A stretch of DNA of 33,700 nt, from the NCBI GenBank assembly GCA_002862265.1, contig PKCQ01000215.1, positions 1 to 33,700 of the forward strand, read 5' to 3'. This document shows positions 28,779 through 33,700 of the stretch, one piece after another. The stretch's first letter is position 1. Each line of letters begins with the position of its first letter. The notes under the pieces were generated by a model. That model ran no database searches. It saw nothing but the letters and a program-made list of their open reading frames with translations, and was not told the DNA's origin. Made by a program: the position numbers and the translations under genes. The DNA comes from Planctomycetaceae bacterium. GTDB taxonomy: Bacteria; Planctomycetota; Planctomycetia; Pirellulales; Pirellulaceae.

Positions 28779-29861
28779 CTAAAGCGAGTTGATGCTTTCG
28801 GGCAGGGAGATCGTTTCGAGAAGCCAGATCCAGGGAAGGAAGATGAGAAACACATAGCTCAGGATGGTGGCAGAGCCCACCAGCAGCGCGATGAGCATGG
28901 GAAACCAGCGGCGGTGAGCGTCATCGAGTTGCTCTGCGGATTGCTGCAGGTTCAGCGAAACCTCCCTCAGGTGTCGGGCGGACTCTTCTGGACTGAGTAT
29001 TCCAGCGTGCGCTGAACCCAAGATGAGTGAAGTTTCCTTGGACATTAGGTCTGGTGTTTGTTTTTGTTGGACCTGTTGCCAGCCGAGTTGCGATTCTTCA
29101 TCTGTTGCGCCGAGAGTTTTCAGGCTCAAGTGTGTGATGTTTTCCAGCGGAACCTTGGAACCCCCCAGCAAGGCGGCGAGATGTGTTGCCAACGCCTGTT
29201 GACGTAGAGACTTCGCATGTTTGTCTCGATTGGCTCGGCTGAGACCACGACGCCTCCGCATCCAGTAGAGAATAACCAGGGGCACTGAAACAAACAAAAC
29301 GAGAAACAGAGTTAAGAGCAAGGGGTTTTCCCCAACCACCACAATGAATTCTAGCCAGCTCGGAAGATTCTGGTTGAACAGCCGATAGGTCACGCGATAT
29401 TCCGGGATCAAGGACCAAGCTACCATGGTCAGTGCGATGACCATCAATAGCACGAGGAGAAACGGATAAAGCAGGGCCGAGTGGAAATTTTGCTTTGCCT
29501 TAAAATTGGCGATATGCATTGCCGTCCAGGCTTGAAGCGATTCAGCCAGCCGATCCGAGGACTCGCCTGCCTCGACGCAAGCAGCCAGCACTCGCGACTC
29601 GCGATCTCGACCAGCCACCAGCGTGTCACTCCACTTCTTTCCGGACTGGACGTCTCGCTCGATTTGTTCCGCCAGCTTCCGAGTTGATGTGGTCGATGCG
29701 CTCAGGGTCTGGCGGACTTCTCTGCCAATCGGAAGCCTCGCACGCACAAGTTGTGCAACCTGCTCGCAAACGGCCAGCTTCTCGGCGAGCGTTGCCGCAG
29801 GCGAGGTTTGGCTCTGATTCGATTCTTCGGAGCGTTTTGGGGAATTGCCGGAGTCGTTCAT
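28779..29861 (-). CDS. Divergent GspF/PilC-like platform protein
   Basis: 360 aa; IERDVQSGKKWSD..VEAGESSDRLAESL..SALLYP followed by TM helices, C-terminal TM ..IFLPW; follows the GspE-like ATPase. Confidence 0.72.
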   Translation of the reverse strand: MNDSGNSPKRSEESNQSQTSPAATLAEKLAVCEQVAQLVRARLPIGREVRQTLSASTTSTRKLAEQIERDVQSGKKWSDTLVAGRDRESRVLAACVEAGESSDRLAESLQAWTAMHIANFKAKQNFHSALLYPFLLVLLMVIALTMVAWSLIPEYRVTYRLFNQNLPSWLEFIVVVGENPLLLTLFLVLFVSVPLVILYWMRRRRGLSRANRDKHAKSLRQQALATHLAALLGGSKVPLENITHLSLKTLGATDEESQLGWQQVQQKQTPDLMSKETSLILGSAHAGILSPEESARHLREVSLNLQQSAEQLDDAHRRWFPMLIALLVGSATILSYVFLIFLPWIWLLETISLPESINSL

Positions 29862-29944
29862 GGATTGGAAGTTGCGATTCTAAGCTTGGCTTTTAGCGAT
29901 AGGCTTAACAGAGTCAGAGAGTGCTTGGGTTTGTCTCGAATTCT

Positions 29945-30994
29945 CTAATCTATCGCCTGATCCTGCAAGGTTTGCATTCCGAGCTCACAAGCGCAGGCCT
30001 GGATTGCTTCGGTGTCTGCGTCGACGAGTAGCGCTTTCTTAAGCGCCCCGAAAATTGGTGGTAGTTGCTCGACTAGCAATTGCATGTTGGGGGTGCCTGA
30101 TTGGCCCGGTGTGGGTTGGAGTTTTTGGCAAAGAGCCAGCGAAAGCCCTGCAGTCAAATGGGGCAGTGGTACATCCATGTCCAGTAATCGACTCAATGCA
30201 TCGGCACAACTGCGAGCATGCATGGTCGTGATGACGAGTTGTCCGGTCATCGCTGCTTGAAAGACTACTTGAGCTGTCTCGGCATCACGAATCTCACCGA
30301 CCAACATCACTTCGGGATCTTGTCGCAGCAGGGCTCGAAGCCCTTCGGACCAACCGTAGCCTTTGTCCGGCTGAATCTGCGATTGGGCGACACCTTCAAG
30401 TTCCGATTCTATCGGGTCTTCCAGGCTTACGACGCTCCGCAATTGTTTCGCTGACAGAATTTCTCGCAGTGCGGCATAAGCAGTCGAAGTTTTTCCAGCT
30501 CCCGCTGATCCGGTTATCAGCAGTACTCCAGAGGCTTGTCGCAGGCATTGGTGCACATCTTCAGCCGTCTTGGATGGCAAGCCGAGATCATCAATTCGCC
30601 AAGCTTCGGACGACAGCGGGATCAAGCGAATTGCAATTCGTTCGCCGTGCAGAGTTGGAAGGGTGCTGACCCGAGCTTCCAGGCGCCGATCCGAGCCAGC
30701 ATCGTCGAGCACCAATCTCCCTTCTTGCGGAACTTCACTGCGATAAGTCGTCAGGCCCGCGAGGGCTTTGATACGAGAGTTCAGATTGGTGGACTCTCCG
30801 CTCGGTGCAACACCAGCTTCTCGGAGCTGGCCAAAAATACGAAGTCGCACCTGGTGGCCGTTGGCCGTTTGATTCAAGTGAACATCGCTGGCGTGCACGT
30901 TTATCGCCGTTTGCAAAACGCGTTCGACCGCCAGTCGCGCGTATTCTTCACGCTTCGGATCAAGGTTTGAAAAGTCAATGGGTGAGCTTGTCAT
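29945..30994 (-). CDS. Minimal GspE/PilB-family ATPase
   Basis: 349 aa; ASDVH, PQEGR, RVSTLPTLHGERIAIRL, Walker A GSAGAGKTST, LEDPIE, LRQDPEVMLVGEIRD, TGQLVITTMHA. Confidence 0.92.
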   Translation of the reverse strand: MTSSPIDFSNLDPKREEYARLAVERVLQTAINVHASDVHLNQTANGHQVRLRIFGQLREAGVAPSGESTNLNSRIKALAGLTTYRSEVPQEGRLVLDDAGSDRRLEARVSTLPTLHGERIAIRLIPLSSEAWRIDDLGLPSKTAEDVHQCLRQASGVLLITGSAGAGKTSTAYAALREILSAKQLRSVVSLEDPIESELEGVAQSQIQPDKGYGWSEGLRALLRQDPEVMLVGEIRDAETAQVVFQAAMTGQLVITTMHARSCADALSRLLDMDVPLPHLTAGLSLALCQKLQPTPGQSGTPNMQLLVEQLPPIFGALKKALLVDADTEAIQACACELGMQTLQDQAID

Positions 30995-31002
30995 CTACCT
31001 TG

Positions 31003-31482
31003 CTAGTTCTCCAGCGGTTGCATGCGCAGGCAGTAATCCGACTCGTTGATGCGATCTGACAGAAATTGGTAGCTCAGGATGTAGCGTTGGATGCGCCGCA
31101 AGTCTTTGTCGACCGCCTTGGATCGATACAAGACTCGGCCAAGCGAGCCGTTGTCACGGAGATCAGAGAGTTTCGCTGACCGAGCCAGTGGATTTGGTTT
31201 TAGCTTGATGACATAGTCCGCATAGCTGTCTTCTTCACGGTGAGTTATCAGGTCAACCGCCTCAATGGTGGCCGGATCAAATTCCATCTGCTTCAAATCT
31301 TCGATCGTGACGTCCGTATCTTCGACTAGATCATGCATCAAGCCGACGAGTTGTGCCTCTGGCAGGTCGACGCCGTCCATCACTCGCAGGCAGTGCATGA
31401 GATACGGCTCGCCATCTTGGTCCGTCACCCCATGGAATTTCTTCGTTACCAGGGCAAGGGCTTTGTCAATATCGCTAGACAT
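31003..31482 (-). CDS. Small HD-domain RelA/SpoT-type hydrolase (small alarmone hydrolase-like)
   Basis: 159 aa; GEPYLMH, HDLVEDT, AKLSDLRDN; no synthetase domain. Confidence 0.85.
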   Translation of the reverse strand: MSSDIDKALALVTKKFHGVTDQDGEPYLMHCLRVMDGVDLPEAQLVGLMHDLVEDTDVTIEDLKQMEFDPATIEAVDLITHREEDSYADYVIKLKPNPLARSAKLSDLRDNGSLGRVLYRSKAVDKDLRRIQRYILSYQFLSDRINESDYCLRMQPLEN

Positions 31483-31519
31483 GTGAACTAGAAGTGAAAA
31501 AAGAGCTTTGAAAGCGGTA

Positions 31520-32656
31520 TTACCGATTCAAGAATTTGATGCAAACCGGCGAGCCAACAGTGATGCGCGAGTTTGCTGATGATAGCTTCCCAGACTTTTC
31601 GTCAATTTGAAAAAGCACGACAGAGTCTGTAGTCTGATTTTCGGTCAGCAAGAATTTGCCGGTTGGATCGATACGAAAATTACGAGGAGTTTCACCACCG
31701 GTGTTGGTGTGACTGATAGGCGTTAGCTTTCCCTTATTAAACCGAAAGCCCGCGATGCTGTGGTGGCCGCGGTTGGAGCCGTACACAAATTTGCCGCTAG
31801 GATGCACGAGCACCTCGGCCGTGGAGTACCCGTTCTGGAGCTCGCCTGGCAAGGTCGACAGCGTTTCGGATTCGGTGAGCATACCGCTTTTGCTGTTCCA
31901 GCTGCAGGCACTTAGTTGGCAAGTCAGTTCATGAATGACAAAGGCGTGTTCGCCGTTCGGGTGAAAGGCGATGTGTCTTGGTCCGCTACCTGGCTTAAAG
32001 TGCATTACAGAGTGTTTCTCACCAAGCCCGTTTTCATCGAGTTTGTAGATCAAGACTTGGTCGAGGCCGAGGTCGACCGCTGCGGCGTATTGGTCTGATG
32101 GATCGGGCAAGATGCAGTGAGCATGTGGTGCTTTCTGTCGTTGGTGAACGCTGCTGCCAGTGTGTTGAATGAGGTGGATTTCTGCGAGCTTGCCTATCTC
32201 GTCTAAAGGAAAGGAAGTCACGCTACCGCCGCTGTAGTTTGCGACGAGGGCGCTCTTGCCGTCGGCAGTAACAGACACGAAGCAGGGTGCGCCGCCATCT
32301 GTCGATCTGTGACTGATTTCAGTGAGGCCGAAGTCAGATCCAATCTTGAAAGCGGTGATCTGATGATCGCTGGCGGCAACTTCGCTAACTGCGTACAGAA
32401 CATCAAGGGTTGGATGCAATGTGAGAAAGGATGGGTTTTCAAGCTTGGCAACCAACTTGGGGGCGGAAAGCTTTGCCGTTTTGGAATCCAGGTAGCTCAA
32501 GTAGATCCCTTGGCTGTCTCGGCCGGTATAAGTGCCGATATAGAAAGGCTGTTTGGATGATTGTTGGGCCGAAGCGTCACTACAGAGTAAAACGCCAAGG
32601 AGTAAAAACGCTAGTGCCGGGGAAGCATACCGGGCGGGTTTTGCAGTGAGTGGCAT
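31520..32656 (-). CDS. Lactonase family beta-propeller (6-phosphogluconolactonase-like) with signal peptide
   Basis: YIGTYT, NPSFL, VANYSGGSV, RQKAPHAH, DLGLD, GSGPRH, SNRGHHS, TPRNF; likely ATG 32656. Confidence 0.9.
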   Translation of the reverse strand: MPLTAKPARYASPALAFLLLGVLLCSDASAQQSSKQPFYIGTYTGRDSQGIYLSYLDSKTAKLSAPKLVAKLENPSFLTLHPTLDVLYAVSEVAASDHQITAFKIGSDFGLTEISHRSTDGGAPCFVSVTADGKSALVANYSGGSVTSFPLDEIGKLAEIHLIQHTGSSVHQRQKAPHAHCILPDPSDQYAAAVDLGLDQVLIYKLDENGLGEKHSVMHFKPGSGPRHIAFHPNGEHAFVIHELTCQLSACSWNSKSGMLTESETLSTLPGELQNGYSTAEVLVHPSGKFVYGSNRGHHSIAGFRFNKGKLTPISHTNTGGETPRNFRIDPTGKFLLTENQTTDSVVLFQIDEKSGKLSSANSRITVGSPVCIKFLNR

Positions 32657-32727
32657 AGTGAGAAGGTGTGCAGGCAAAAGAGGTGGGAGAAATTTCTAAT
32701 TTTCAAGCAAAAGCGAGATGCTCGCTC

Positions 32728-32736
32728 ATCATAACA
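32728..32736 (-). promoter_or_regulatory. Putative extended -10 promoter TGtTATGAT for the lactonase-HD-GspE-GspF run
   Basis: TGnTATGAT about 70 nt upstream of ATG 32656. Confidence 0.4.
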
Positions 32737-32960
32737 AACCTGAGCCCTTTCGAGCGCTTGTAAATGGTAGCCTTCGTTCCGCGAAAGGTTCCTGGTGCTT
32801 TTGCAGAGCAAAATTCGACCAAGATTGAAACTCTGGTCAGTCCTTCAGCAGCAGCCCAGTCTGCTGGAATGCACTCAAGCTGGAAAGTAGAATCCTCGAG
32901 TCTTCATGGCGACTCACCATTGTCCTTTGTCTGTTCCGCAATCAAGAGTGTCTGTTTCGG

Positions 32961-33700
32961 ATGAGCAGTTTGACCACCAATGTGGTTGATGCAGAGATTC
33001 TCCAGGAAGTGTCTGCGCGGCATCTCGTGGATGCCCTCAAGCTGCGCTTGGCGGTGCAGGTCGCTCCAGTGAAGTGGCAAGCGCCGCTAAGCCAACTCGC
33101 GGATGCCATGGAGCAGGGCAAGGCTCTGGAAGAGGTCGTTCAGTCTGGTGCTAGTCGGATGCCGAAAGAGCTGAAGTGTTTGGTTCAAGAATCGATCAAG
33201 CTGCCTGAGCCAGGTCAATTCCTGGTGGAGTGCCTGAAGGCGAGGGACGAGATCCGCTCGAGCTAACGCGACTTGGCACGTTTGTGCATCTATCCCGTGT
33301 GTTTGCTCGTGTTTTCTTTGCTGGTGGGAGTTGGTTTCAGTTTCTGCATGAACTATGTGATCGACACAACTTGGATAGAAGACTTCGGCCTTGCAGGTTT
33401 TGAATCCACGGTGGAAGCTTTGCGAGATCAACACCATGCTATGATTTCAATGGCTTTGATTCTGGGATGGGTAGGCCTCCTGTTGTTAACAATCTATTTT
33501 GTCGGTCCGCCGTGGGCATGGGTCGCTGTGATGGGAGGTGTGATGGTGGGCCGAATGGTGGGAGCGGTGGTGCCGACTGTGGTGGGACTTATGGTGGGAG
33601 CTCGAATGATGTGTCGGCTTCGAATGGTGCTTTGGCGGGTGCGTTGGCCTCTTGCCGTCACAAAGGCAAAGACTCGTTGGGCAGTACCTCTCCCTCGCAT
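32961..33700 (+). pseudogene. Second GspF/PilC-like gene with in-frame TAA at 33264-33266; frame runs to the window end
   Basis: LADAMEQGKALEEV..MPKELKCLV..IRSS*RDLARLCIYPVCLLVFSLLVGVG..; frame stays open after the stop, with YP plus TM helices. Confidence 0.62.

Noticed and set aside
15852-33266. TAA reassignment, since both in-frame stops are TAA
   Set aside because: TAA ends ordinary genes here at the expected positions (galM 8075, anti-sigma 10638, cusB 16712), and only two internal cases occur

Overview
Planctomycete (Pirellulaceae-like) chromosomal window, judged from its DUF1501, DUF1549/DUF1553, PSCyt1 and DUF1559 genes. No rRNA, tRNA, CRISPR array or transposase was seen. Contents in order: a DUF1501-DUF1549/1553-PPC operon; an exported LTxxQ-helix/thioredoxin fusion; galM; an ECF sigma, anti-sigma and PDZ module with a shared promoter-like motif and a (GCTTTT)9 microsatellite; a CusCBA-type heavy-metal efflux locus in which three consecutive genes each carry one lesion (two 1-bp frameshifts, one in-frame TAA), the first of them a Cys-rich exported leader ORF followed by a long stem-loop; a DUF1559 pilin-like gene with its lipoprotein partner; YihY; a second PSCyt1-DUF1549/1553 plus DUF1501 pair; and a lactonase, small HD alarmone hydrolase, minimal GspE/PilB and GspF run with a second, divergent GspF-like gene broken by TAA. 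Best candidates for undescribed systems: (i) a possible CruR/CutF-like metal-sensing leader upstream of cusBA, (ii) the ECF, anti-sigma and protease-less PDZ module, (iii) the small alarmone hydrolase next to a minimal pilus/T2SS motor. All family assignments come from motif recognition by eye; no database search was run.
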